DNA from: Moniliella sp. 'wahieum'
Taxonomy: Eukaryota
Assembly (NCBI GenBank): GCA_003971905.1
Contig: RSEE01000088.1
Location: forward strand, 186,001 to 250,000
DNA length: 64,000 nucleotides
Direction of reading: 5' to 3'
Shown: in pieces, positions 1 through 11,872 of the stretch
Numbering within the stretch: the first letter of the stretch is position 1
Layout: the number at the start of each line of letters is the position of its first letter
The notes under the pieces: generated by a model
Seen by the model: only the letters and a program-made list of their open reading frames with translations
Databases searched by the model: none
What the model was told of the DNA's origin: nothing
Translations under genes and position numbers: made by a program

Positions 1-303
1 GTGGGCCGAAAAGCAGTGGGATGGCCAACCATCAGTGGCGTTGCGACGCAGGCTAAGGCCCAGGCGACTTGCCAGTATCTGCGCTCGCCCTGCTGCTCTC
101 CAAGGCCACCACGTGGCTCTCCGTCTGACGTTTGCCTCGCTACGTTGACCAGCCGAGGGGCGCTCATTCCGGCCCGCGCGGCGGAATTACGATCCAAATC
201 TCCCATCCGCCCACCCACAGGTTAATACACCCCCCCCCCTTTGGGCGGCAAGCCGGGTGCGACGACAGACAGCTTGACCGCCCCACCGGCAGCTTGCTCG
301 GCC

Positions 304-1448
304 ATGTCTTCGACCCAACCTGAGCAGCGTCCCGATGCGGCGAGGGAGGACAAGGCGCACGCCGGCGCCGACCGGTTTGTGGGCAAGGCAGACACGTTGG
401 AAGACTCGCTGAAAAAGCAGACGATTGGCTTGGTCCGGCTCGAGGACTTTCAAAAACGGCGTGCCGAGCTGGAGGAGGAAAAGCGGCGGCAGGCGGCGCA
501 GACGGATGAGCTCAAGTACGTGTGCGAGTGACGGAGCGGGTGGATGGGATGGGTTGGGGAAATGGGGACGGGAGGCAAGCGCGGATACTAACCCTCCATA
601 CCTGGTTTGGCCTTGTTCTGCCTTCTGCTCAGACCCGAGGAGAAAGAAGAAAAAAGAAAAAGCAGACCAAGGCGACGCTTTCGTTTGAGGACGAGGTGGA
701 TGACATGCCCCTGCCCGCCAAGAAGAAACAAAAGACTGGACCGACCCCGCCGAGCCGACCAAGTCCAGTTTCAAGAACCCAGATGTGGATACCTCCTTCC
801 TCCCGGACCGACAGCGGGAGGAGGAGGAACGGCGGGTACGCGAATCGCTGCGTCAAGAATGGCTCCAAAAGCAAGCCAAGATGAAGGAGGAGTCGATCGA
901 GATCACCTACTCGTACTGGGATGGAAGTGGACATCGCAAGGTGGTCAAGGTACGTATCGTGCTGTCCTGTCGGACGGGAATGGGGAAGCCGCGGGAGGCG
1001 AAGCGAGGCGAAGCGAGGCGAAGCGAGGCGAAGCGAGGCGAGGCGAGGAAGACGGACTGACTGACATGACCCGCAGTGCAAAAAGGGCGATACGATTGCC
1101 CAGTTTCTGGAAAAGTGTCGTGTGCAATTCCCCGAGCTAAGGGGGGTCAATGTGGACAGTCTCATGTACATCAAGGAAGACCTGATCATCCCTCATCACC
1201 TTTCGTTCTACGATATGATCGTGTCCAAGAGCCGGGGCAAGTCGGGTCCGCTGTTCAACTTTGATGTGCACGACGATGTGCGGCTGTTGGCTGACGCACG
1301 GGTGGAGAAGGACGAGTCGCATGCGGGCAAGGTGGTGGAGCGCAGTTGGTACAACCGCAACAAGCACATCTTTCCTGCCTCCCGCTGGGACGTGTTCGAA
1401 TTGGGTAAAGATTATGGTGGCTACACCATTCACGACTCCAAGAAGTAA
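304..1448 (+). CDS. xap5: XAP5/FAM50 family nuclear protein (3 exons; introns 516-632 and 950-1076; one apparent frameshift near 760-785)
   Basis: Motifs '[14 protein letters not shown]', '[14 protein letters not shown]...[12 protein letters not shown]' and '[11 protein letters not shown]...[13 protein letters not shown]...[27 protein letters not shown]'; GTACGT donors and a TACTAAC branch point at 586-592. Confidence 0.92.
996..1047 (+). repeat. (GAGGCGAAGC)n microsatellite inside XAP5 intron 2
   Basis: Direct tandem repeat seen in the sequence. Confidence 0.85.
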
Positions 1449-2463
1449 GCTGGCAGCTGGCACAGCCTCCCTGTTGTACTGTACTCTTGATGCTACCACC
1501 TGGTCGTCCCGTCGTCAAAGCCCTGTGGAAGTACAGACCATAGGGACAGTGGGAACGATCGAGTAAAGCTAGCGAAGCGATTGCTGCATCCTTTGAATAA
1601 AGAGGGGAGCTACTGGGAACGGACCCAATTTCGGGAATCGGCTTGCTTCAGCACAAGTTGGCTGGAGTATGATTGTGTCCAACCTTCTCAATTGCATACG
1701 CGATGCTTTCGCACCACCGGCTGCGCTTTGGTTGTCACTACTTTGCTGGCTGGGGGGGTTGCGTAGCCCGCTGCTTCTATCATCTGCTCCCGCGGGGTTC
1801 TTGCCAGCACCCTCTCCAGAGAGGGATGCTGGACTGATGAGCGTAGAGGATTGCAAGCTCACCGAGCGTTTGATGCTGAAGGATATTCTATGCCGCGTAC
1901 AGTGCCCATGTAGTACATCTCTCTTCGTTGACACTTTCAGCCTTCAAGCTTCACCCCCCCTACGCATAAGGACCAGCAGTAACTCTACAGGTGTAAAAAC
2001 AGACGCACTGCCCCACATACATGCCGGCTTGAGGTTGTGTTCATTCCATCTGAGTTGGTACGATGCTGCCCTGAACGAAAGTGAGAGCGAGTTGGGCTGT
2101 TGACATGGGACAGGTAAACACCACGACACTGCGTTTGCACCACGCAGCAAAGGCAAACCTTCCCCTGCGCTATTTTTGAATGCCGCAGTGGAGGTGGACA
2201 GAGAAGAGAAACCCGTTCCTTTTTCTCTGGAGGGATAGCATCGTTTGATATATACAAGGCCAGTGCAAAGTTAATCCGCGACGAACAACAGGTGCGTGAC
2301 GGAGAGCGTTGGGGTGTGGCGAACCGATATGAAAAGGCCCTGTGGCTCTTCGGCTGTGGCAAGCCACACTCATTGTCCCAACCATCCAAACAGAAATGAG
2401 AGAAACGTCCCAACCACTATTCATGTTGTAGGGGGGGGGGGGGGGAGGGGGGAGACACCGTGA

Positions 2464-5400
2464 CTATTCATCAACAAAAAAGATTTCCTGGCAGTACTCG
2501 ACAATTGTCTCGACGCTCTTGGATTGCAGGGCAACATCTTGCTGGGCGCGTGCCAGGTCGGAGGCAGGGAGGCGGCACAGCGTAGGTCCCCAGCAGATGC
2601 CCAAGTTGGCCAGGCTCATCTGGTTCGTTTCTGCATGGTCGGCCACCTTGGCCAGGTGCAAGCTCAAGGCGCGTAAGGTGGCGTAGTGGGCATCGGGCAA
2701 ACGGTTGACCAAGGAATGAAACCGAATGTACAGCGTGCGCTTGTCCCCGATCCGAGCTGCCTCGATAAACTCCGAGTACAAGTTGGCTGGGATGAGAGCG
2801 TTGGGCAAGTCGCGCAAGTACAGCTTCAACACGCTGGTTACCGTGTGCACGTCCGCTCGCCCTTCCCGTCGCAGCAGGTCCAACGCATACGCACGATCGC
2901 CCGTGTCAAAGCACGCTTTGGCCACCGCGAGGCGGGAGGAGGCGCCACTGATCCGGTACAGTCCCTCTGTGTCCAGTCCGCACTCTTCCACAACTTGGGT
3001 ACACAGCGCCACCACGATCGGAACTTCGCATTGGTCCCGGATCATGTGCTGCTCGAGATCCATCCCAAATACCGAAGGAGGCAGCACCGCCAAAGGAGGA
3101 GGCGTGGCAGATACTGTGGTGGTAAGGGGCAGTACAGTACTAGGGCCCGGACTGGGAGGGGTGGTGACGGTGCGGGTAAAGAGGCCCTTTGTGCGCTTGG
3201 TCGATCGCTCTGCCTTTCGCCCTCCCATGGGCGTCCAGGAGGTCAAGTAGGATTCTACCTGACTTGCACTGGTCAACTGCCCCAGCACCAGCGGAAGGTT
3301 CAATCGATCTGGAGGGTCAGGCGGTGCGGAAGACACCATCTCGACCTCGGCCTGGGCTACGCGTGCCAGGTCCTCAGCATAGCCTGCCAGTTGGGTCTGT
3401 GCCGCTTCCAGCGCCACCCTGGTCGCGTTGAGGAGGAGCATGACGAGCTGAGGCAAGTGGGTAGAAAAGCTCTTGCTTGATCGCTTTCTCATGAGCCGAG
3501 GCCGATTCGAGCGACTCGGTGGCAGCGCGCACTTTGAACCGCAGGTCCTCTTCCATCTTGGCCGACCGGACTGCCTTGGTAGCCCCGCCGCCAAATAGAC
3601 TCCCCAAACCAAGACTCTTGCTTTTCGCCCGGGGTCGCGTGATCGCGCCTGGGGTCGACGAGCCCGAAGCCAACGACGGCTGCGACGAACCTCCCTGGCC
3701 AAGTGCCTCTGCGCCTGGGGGTTCGCTGAGCAGCAGGCCCGAGATACGGTTGGTGGGATCGTCGGCCTCGGCCATGGTGGGGCTCGTAGGACGGCGCAAG
3801 ATGCGTTCCAGTTCGTCTTCGGCTGTCCACAGACGGGTTTGGTACTTTTCACACGCCGTCTCGGCATCGGCAAGGTGTCGCTCATGTTTCGTGTTGATCT
3901 CCTTGACTTCTTTGACCCAGCCTTGGACTTGGTTCACGCACCCGCTCAGCTGCTCCGAGCGAAGTCGGAGCGACTGCGCCAGGCGAGCGCGCTCGTTCGT
4001 GCTCGCCCGATGCACTAGCAGCGTCGCACGCCACGTCTCCAGAGGGGAAGGGGTGGATAACACGCCTTTGTTGTTGCTGCCGCCGCCGTTGCTCGAATCT
4101 GAGCTGGTCAATTTCAGCAGCCCCTTGACATGGCTTTCTTCCAGTTGGGCCCGATGGCGGAAAAACGAAGCGATTTCTTCAGCAGTGCTCGTTATGTCGG
4201 CCGCACGAGCCAGCAACAGTGCCACACCAAACTGGAGAGGAAGAATGAGAAGAGGAAGAGCAGATTGAGTTAGCCTATACAAAAGGTAGTAGATGGGTGG
4301 GTGAGGTGGGGGGCAAAAAGAGAAAGAAAACGGGTTATTACATACCTCCAGCTCGCAGAGTTGCTGGAATGTCTCGGGACGAACATCGCCTTGGAAGGGT
4401 CCTGGTTCCCCAGACGGATCGGCCGAGAGATTCTCCGCGGCGCGCGGTGGGATTTTTGCATCGAGGCTTGGCAGCCCCCCACCGTCTCGGCCGCCTGGAG
4501 AGGGGACAAGCCACTTTTCTTGGATTGGATCGAAGCCGTCTCTTCCGAACTGGAGTGGGAAAGCAGCATGTTGCCCACAATGCCAACGCTGCGATTGTTG
4601 CTCAGGCTCGTCTCGGATCGATTGTGCGCGGGGGGGGAAGGGGGCAAGGTGAACAGCGGGGGTTGCGTTGTTGCCTTGGCAGTGGAGGGAGGGGTGAACC
4701 AAGCTTCGGGATGCGCAACATGGGAACTGGTTGAGGGACGGGGGAGGTGGCCAACTGAAAATACACTGTTGACGGAGGATGTTGAGCGGGTGCGAGGGTG
4801 CACGGTAGTGGCCGCCGGGTACAGCGGGTTGCCTCGCCTTGGCGCCGAGGGCGGGGTGGGAAGAAGAGCGCTTTTCCCCTCCTCGGATGTCCTGTTGCGC
4901 GCACCAGAGATAATGACAATCGACTCGTTGGACATGTGCGGCTTGGCGGGCCAGGGCTGTTGGTTTGGGCCGCCGACTGTCGGCTTTCGCGCAGCGCCAG
5001 GTTCTGCGGAGAGGGATGCAAGGGGAAGCTGCGCATGATGGTAGGCTGGAGGCTAGGTGGGCTCTCTGCTTTGGCTTGTTTTTTGGTCAGAAGAGGTGGG
5101 ATGGGGAGAGGAGGGCTGGGATTGAGGTAGGAAGGAGGCAAGGCGGTCGAATGCGATTTGGCATGATGATGGGCCTTGGTTGGAGCGTGCGGGTGGCCAT
5201 CTGGCATGCCCATCGTGGGCGCCGACGACGGCACAGCGGGTAACCGGACCGTATCCATTTCGGACGAGTCCCAAGGGACCAGCTGGGCATGATCTTGTAT
5301 GGCCGGGGGGGAGGCAGCCAACTGGGTCAGGTTGGGGGTGGAGCTGGAGGCATTCAGCATGATGGGCTGGGGCGCGACGCAAGACGTGGTGTTGGCCAGG

Positions 5401-6079
5401 GCAGAAACGGAGATGGAGAAGGCGGTGGAGGGCGTGTAGGATTGGGACGAGTTGACGCTGCCTGAGGGGGTCGGGGCTCGCTCGGGGTGCTGCGGCGGTG
5501 GGAAGACCGGCGTGGGCGGGCGGATGGGGCGAGGCCGACTTGGGCGGCCACACGGCGGCACTGCTGCTGTCCCGCGGAGGCTGTAGGGCGCAGCGGCGGG
5601 GCTTTGCCGTCCACCAGCAAGGGGACGGGAAAGGGGATGTCGAGCGAGGTGGTGTGGGACAGGGGGAGCCCCGTCGGCTGCGTAGTAGCAGAGGCAGAAC
5701 GCTCCAGGTTGAGGGCGGCAGGGCTGTCTGAGCCATGCGGCCTGGTTGGTGGGTCCTGGTCGATGCCCAACAGGCTGAGGGGGGGGAGCTGCCAGTCGTC
5801 GATGGTGCCCGTGGAGCTGGCGCTGCGTTGCGGGTGACGGGAGACGAAAAGAGCGCCAGGCGGCCGGCGGAGGGGAGGGGCTTGCCCCAGCAGGCAGCGT
5901 GGCGACGGTGGGGGCGGCGTTTTCTGTCGGCGGCGGGGGCGGCGGAAGTGGGAGAGGAGGCCGGCGTGCTGTGCAGCGGGGCCGATGGTGGGGGTGGGGA
6001 GGGCGGTGGTGAGGGCGGGGGACGAGGTGGGGGTGCGTGGCCGCGAGGTGGCGGGGGGGTTGGCGACGTTGATGCCCAT
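2464..6079 (-). CDS. Rho GTPase-activating protein with an F-BAR-like coiled-coil region and a long Pro/Ser-rich N-terminus (Rgd1-like); intron 4232-4345; several frameshifts
   Basis: C-terminal RhoGAP domain 'VFGMDL...VPIVV..C...VEECGLDTEGLYRISG...LKLYLRDLP...NQMSLANLGICWGPTL'; FCH-like 'EEIASFFRHRAQLEESHVKGLLKL'. The start codon is inferred. Confidence 0.85.
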
Positions 6080-6779
6080 GGTGGGAGCAGCAGGCCGAGA
6101 GCGAAGGAGGGGGGGGGAAGAAGGGGTGGTGGGATGTATGGCGCACAACAACAAAGAGAACCTCTCGAGAGACTATGCATTCTGGCTCTGGGAGTGCGCC
6201 TGCTCCACACTCTGCCTCCCCGCTGCTGTGGGCGCTGGGATGCACTCAGGGGCGCCGAATTGGGCCGTCGGCGGAAGCATGCGGCATGGGGGCGTGCCTA
6301 TTCTGTACTTTAATCTGTTCGCGGCCTGCTCCACCCGAGCCGCCAGATGGGCGCTGATCGGTCATCCCGCACACCGCCCCCGTGCCCGCCCCACCGCCCG
6401 GCGCCACACCCGCAACACACCGCATGCGTACTTCTATCAAAATATCACCCCAGAAGCATGCCATATTTGCCCCCCAACACCTGCTCCGCGTCTCCCCACC
6501 ACCACCTCTTCCATCGCCACCTGCGATGGCCACACTTACTTCCTTCCCGCTGTGGGTGTGTTGGGAGGAAAACAAACAATACAACATCCGCCTAAACATG
6601 TGGTGCGAGGCGTTGGCAAGATATATAATATACTTTTACGCTCTGCGAGCCACATGCTATCACAACAAAACAATAACAAATCCTGTTCTACGTTCCCATT
6701 CTTGCAGCCGGAAGAGCGACAGAAATCTCCCATACAGCTATATATATTGTGAGGCTTGTTAGATTCATCGCACAGGTTG

Positions 6780-7051
6780 TGTTGGCCTAGGGAGCCTGAC
6801 GGACAGAACGATGAGGAGAATAAAGCGATGGATTATTGGAGCCAGAGTTGGGTCTGGGTAGTACTGAAGATGAGGCATCTATATATAGGAGGCCGGACTG
6901 GACACATGGCCAGTGAGGTACACAGGAGAGGATGCACAGGGACAACAGTGCCACACGCTGGGACGATACCCGCAGCGTGGAAGCCGACGATGGAACCGGG
7001 CGAACCTGGTCTACCGCCTGGGAGCCGGAGGATCATCGATCACAGTCCACA
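6780..7051 (-). mobile_element. Diverged solo LTR of the TRIM-like family at 11873 and 49094
   Basis: Aligns by eye along its full length to the young ~237-bp LTR (TGTTGGCCTAGGGAGCC...CACAGTC[A/C]ACA); perfect 5-bp TSD GGTTG at 6775-6779 and 7052-7056. Confidence 0.9.
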
Positions 7052-8156
7052 GGTTGCATTCCTGATCTCGATCATATAGCACGATCGATATAGGAGAAGC
7101 GCTGAGCGCTGACAGCGCTGACAGTTACTACTATATGCACAGGGCCCTGGTTCATGCCGAAACCACAGAAAGGAGAAACACAAAGTAATTTGAGCTACCG
7201 CGGGTGGGTCGTGCACGTACTTTGGCCAACGTTCCTTCAGTTCCTTCTCAGGCCTAGGACTTCCGAGGGTTTCTCGCTTCCGTTTGCCTTGTTGTGTTCC
7301 GGCACAGCCTAGCCCCTGGCCGCGACTGCCTGCTTGATGCTCCCCCGTAGGCGTTGCTGGCTGGCTTGTCTACTACCACCCCTAGTCTCACCCAGCACCC
7401 GCGACGACCGTCAGGACCCTAGATCTCATCACACAGGGCAACAGCAACTTCCTTCTCTTTGAGACATCTGAGAAGAGCAATCTCTCTTACCGTCTCTCTC
7501 TTTACTTTTTTGCCTTGATCATTATAATGGCGTTGACACCAAAGCAGACGTACAGCAAGCAGGGTTGTTTTGTTGCCAAGTGTGGGCTGCGTGTTGTGTC
7601 GTAAGACCAACACGAGGAATGCCAGCAGCGGAGGCCACTGCATAATGATGTTCCCTCATCCGATTGTAATGGTACGGTGTAGAGGCGACAAGTTGTCATC
7701 CTCTTCTTGTTTGCAGGGTGGACGTATATACTACTTTGGTATAGACGCTGAAGCGGCCGGTGTCCCATACTTGGTGTAACCTCTTTGGGGCTGGGGATTG
7801 GCAAGCACGGTGACATGGTGGGTGGGTGGCCTCGGCTGCTGGGGCCACCGCAGCGGTGCGGGGCAGACCGGCTGGTGGGGCAGTGCGCTGGCTTAGGTCA
7901 GCTGGCCAGAGCGCGCAGGCGCAGGCGCGTGGGGAACCGCATCCACGCTGGACGTGAACATTGCACGGCGGAAGCGGGCGGAATGAGCGCCGGCGGGCGG
8001 CGCGCAGGCGAGGGGCGCGTGAGGCGGCGGCTGACGCGTGACGGGCAGCGCAGCCCAGCCCAGGCTCAGCAGCGCCCAGCCACTCAGCCCGCAGCCACCG
8101 CCTGCCCCCCCACCTCCACCTCCCTCCACCAGCCACACCCCCCGGGGCATGCAGCG

Positions 8157-11063
8157 ATGAAGAGCTTGAAGAAGGCCATGGCGCTCTCGCGCACCTCCAA
8201 AAGCGACTCCAACAAGCAGCCCCACCCGTCCCACCCCCCGCAGCCCACGCCCCCCGCCGCCCCCGACGCCGCCAGCACGCCCTCCCGCACCGCCTCCCTC
8301 CGCGCCTTCAAGTCCAGCGCCAGCAGCAGCAGCACCGCCCACGCCGCCCCGTCCCCGTCCCCCCCCACCGCCACCCCGCCCCCCAACGGCGCAGCCCCCG
8401 CCCACGCCCCCGCCAAGGACCCCAAGCGCTCCAACGGCCACTCGCCCCACAGCAGCAGCGCCGCCCCCCGTCCGCCGCGGCCCCGCCTGCGCCACCCAAG
8501 CCCGATGCCAAACCATCCCGCTCCGCCCCGCGCAAGAGCAACCCCTCCGCCTCCTCTGCCTCCTCTGCCTCCTCTGCCCCTGCCCTGCCGGGCTCCACAT
8601 CCTCCACCCGCACGCCCACCCTGCCAGCGGCGCAGCCCATGCCTCTCCCTACGAACGCAGCGCCGCCCCTGCCCCGGCCGTGCTTACGCCCGGCACCGCC
8701 GCCGGGCCGGCTGCGACGCCCATTAATGCCACTGGCACCGCCGGCCAGCCCCGTTCGGTCTCGGGTCTGGGCGGCGCGGCGGGCAAGGCCTACCCCACCG
8801 TCTCTCCGGTTGGCGCTGGTGCGGGCTCTGGCGCCTCGACGCCCGCTGGTGCCAACGGTGCCGACACGAGCAGCAGCAGGCTGTACCCCGACCATTCCTC
8901 TGGGTCTGGTGTTGGGTCGCTGATTGGTGCCGGCCACGCGATCGGCGGAGCACCTGCAGCCGGCTCAGGCGCGACGGTTGGGTCGCAGACGCCCTTGTCG
9001 CAACAGACGCCGAAAGACATTGTGCCCGGAACGGCACTCAAGACGCCCCCGCGCAAGCAACGCAGCAGTCGGATGCACATCTCCTCCTCCCATTCCGGCG
9101 CACAGGGACAATGGGACCCGGCGATGCTGGGCTTGCCCCCGGGCGCCCGCCCGCCTCAGGACCTGGAGAAACTGCCTGCGTTCTTGGAGGTCGTTCCGGC
9201 CGACCGGCAGGAATTGTTCATTCGCAAGCTACGCCAGTGTTGTGTTGTATTTGACTTTGACGACCCGACGCGCGACATGCACGGCAAACAGGTCAAGGCG
9301 GCCACGCTGCACGAACTGCTCGAGTACATCACCTCCACGCGCGGCGTGATCACGGATGCCATCTACCCCGAGGTGGTCAACATGTTTGCTGCCAACTTGT
9401 TCCGCACCATCCCGCCGGCGTATGGGTTTGCTCAAGCTGCCGCCAGCCGTGCTGCGCGCGAGGACCCGATCGCAAATGACTTGACGTCCTACAACCCGAG
9501 TGCGATGGACGACGATGCGTCGGAGACGGGGTCGATCGTGTCGGGTCTGGCGCCGCTTGCGTCCGAGACGCGCGGTGGTCCGCCTTCGCCGGCTGCCTTG
9601 CTCTATGGCGGTGGCAACACGGGCGAGGGCGCGTTTGACCCTGAGGAGGACGAGCCGGTGCTGGAGCCGGCTTGGCCGCATTTGCAGGTTGTCTACGAGT
9701 TTTTCCTTCGTTTTGTCGAGTCGCCCGAATTTCAAACGTCGCTGGCCAAGCGCTACATCAACCCGCCGTTTGTACTGCAGTTGCTCGAACTGTTTGACTC
9801 GGAAGACCCGCGGGAGCGCGACTTTCTCAAGACGACGCTCCATCGGATCTACGGCAAGTTCCTCAACCTCCGTGCGTTTATCCGCCGTTCCATCAACCAC
9901 GTGTTCTTTATGTTCATCTATGAGACGGAGCGCTTCAATGGGATTGCCGAGCTGCTCGAAATTTTGGGATCGATCATCAATGGGTTTGCGTTGCCTCTCA
10001 AGGAGGAGCACAAGGTGTTTTTGGCCCGCGTGTTGGTTCCGCTGCACAAGGCGCGCAGTTTGGCGCTGTACCACCCGCAATTGGCCTACTGCGTGGTGCA
10101 GTTCCTTGAAAAAGACCCGAATTTGACGGCGTTGGTCGTGTTGGGGTTACTGCGGTACTGGCCCAAGGTCAACTCGCCCAAGGAAGTCATGTTCCTCAAC
10201 GAGACGGAAGAGATTCTGGACGTGATTGACCCGACTGAGTTTACCAAGATTGCCAGTCCGCTGTTTACCCAGCTGGCACGGTGCATTGACTCGCCGCATT
10301 TCCAAGTGGCTGAACGCGCGTTGTACTTTTGGAACAACGAGTACATTGTTTCGCTCATTTCCGACCACATTGACCAAGTCTTGCCCATTGTCTTCCCCAC
10401 GCTCTACCGCAACGCACGCCACCATTGGAACAAGACGATCCACCAACTGACGCGCAACGCGCTGCGCCTCTTTGTCGAGATCAACCCGGCCTTGGTCGAG
10501 GCCTGCACCAACGAGTACAAGTCCCATCGCCAGTACGAACGGCAACAGTGCGCCGACAAGGACGCAGCATGGAAAGTGTTACGGGAACGCGCGCTGGACG
10601 AAGCCAAGGAACTGCATGTACCGCCTCCGGCGCAACTCACTGCCGACCTGGCCAACCCGCCGAGCAACGTCGCCCGCTACTTGGAACAGCGGCGGTTGCG
10701 GCACCTCAGCCGCCACCGTGCCGCCACGGGCGCGCTGGGCCTGAGCCCGACCCCGACGCAGGACTCGACGACTTGACCGACTCGGACTCGTCCGACGACT
10801 ACTTTTTCGACGACGAGGCCGACGGTACCATGCCCGGCGGGCCTGACGGCAGCCTGTCCCTCACGCAAGGCCAAGAGTTTGGTGCTGGTGCCGGTGCTGG
10901 CGCCGGCATCGCAGGGGGCACAGACATGCACCCAGCCGGCCTGCTGCCGAGCGGGATGAACGCGATGAATCCCGACACGGGATATGCGGCTCAAGGCCAG
11001 GCGTGGCCAGGCATGCATGCCGACCATGCTGGTGGGTATCCCTACCCCGGCGCTGAAGCTTGA
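8157..11063 (+). CDS. RTS1: Protein phosphatase 2A regulatory subunit B'/B56 (Rts1/Par1-like); frameshifts in the low-complexity N- and C-terminal parts
   Basis: '[16 protein letters not shown]', '[27 protein letters not shown]', '[24 protein letters not shown]', '[18 protein letters not shown]'. Confidence 0.95.
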
Positions 11064-11238
11064 AGCTTCAAGCTTCAAGCTTGATGCTTGATCCTTCTTT
11101 GGCCCTTGCCCCTCGTTGCCAAAAGTCCAAGACAGCTCAAGGCTGCCTTGCCTGGCCTTGCTTGGCTCACCTTGCTTGCCTTGCCATCTCAACAGCCCAC
11201 TTGAAACTCCTGTCGAACGGTGTGGGCGTCCTGCCGAG

Positions 11239-11288
11239 CGCGTGCGTATGCGTATGCGTATGCGTATGCGTATGCGCATGCGCACGCG
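11239..11288 (+). repeat. (TGCGTA)n microsatellite in the 3' flank of the B56 gene
   Basis: Direct tandem repeat. Confidence 0.85.
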
Positions 11289-11872
11289 CAACCTGGCCTA
11301 TTCCTTTCCTTTTCCCCTCTTGGCCGTGGCGCGCAGCTTGAGACCTCTCTCCTTTCCTTTTCTTCAAATTTACCCCCGCCTAACCCCTCTTAACCCCCTT
11401 TCTCAGTGCTGCCGTTTAGCCCTCCGCGTACCCCCCTTCCCCCTCGTCGGACTGGCTGCTGTATGTTCTGCCATGACCCTGCTGGCGTTCGGTTCTCCTC
11501 TCCTCTCCCTCTCCCTCCCGCCCCCCCCATGCCTCTCGGAGCGTTTTTTTTCTCTACTTCTTCCCCTACCCCCATGTTCTTTCTTTGGTCCTGCCGCCTT
11601 TCCCCTTTCTTTCCCCTTTTCCCCTTTTTTCCTTTCTTCTTTCTCTTTCTCTCTTCTTTTTCCCCTCTCTCTCTCTTTCCCTTCTCCACTCTCGTACGCC
11701 CTCAGGAACTCCATTTTGGCCTCCCCCTGCAGTGCGAGCTGCGTGCCGCGCCACATCCACGTTGCCCGACAGAACGCGGTAGGCTGCGGCAAGCGAGATA
11801 GCCCTAGCACACTGCGACGGTACTTGTTTTCCTGGCGTGATTCATTCCGATGTTGGCAAAGCTGGGTAGGGG

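Noticed and set aside
2686..5038. Long antisense ORFs over coding regions, here and throughout the window
   Set aside because: Expected shadow ORFs of high-GC codon usage.
7100..7800. Possible additional repeat fragment next to the solo LTR
   Set aside because: No definable termini, TSD or second copy.
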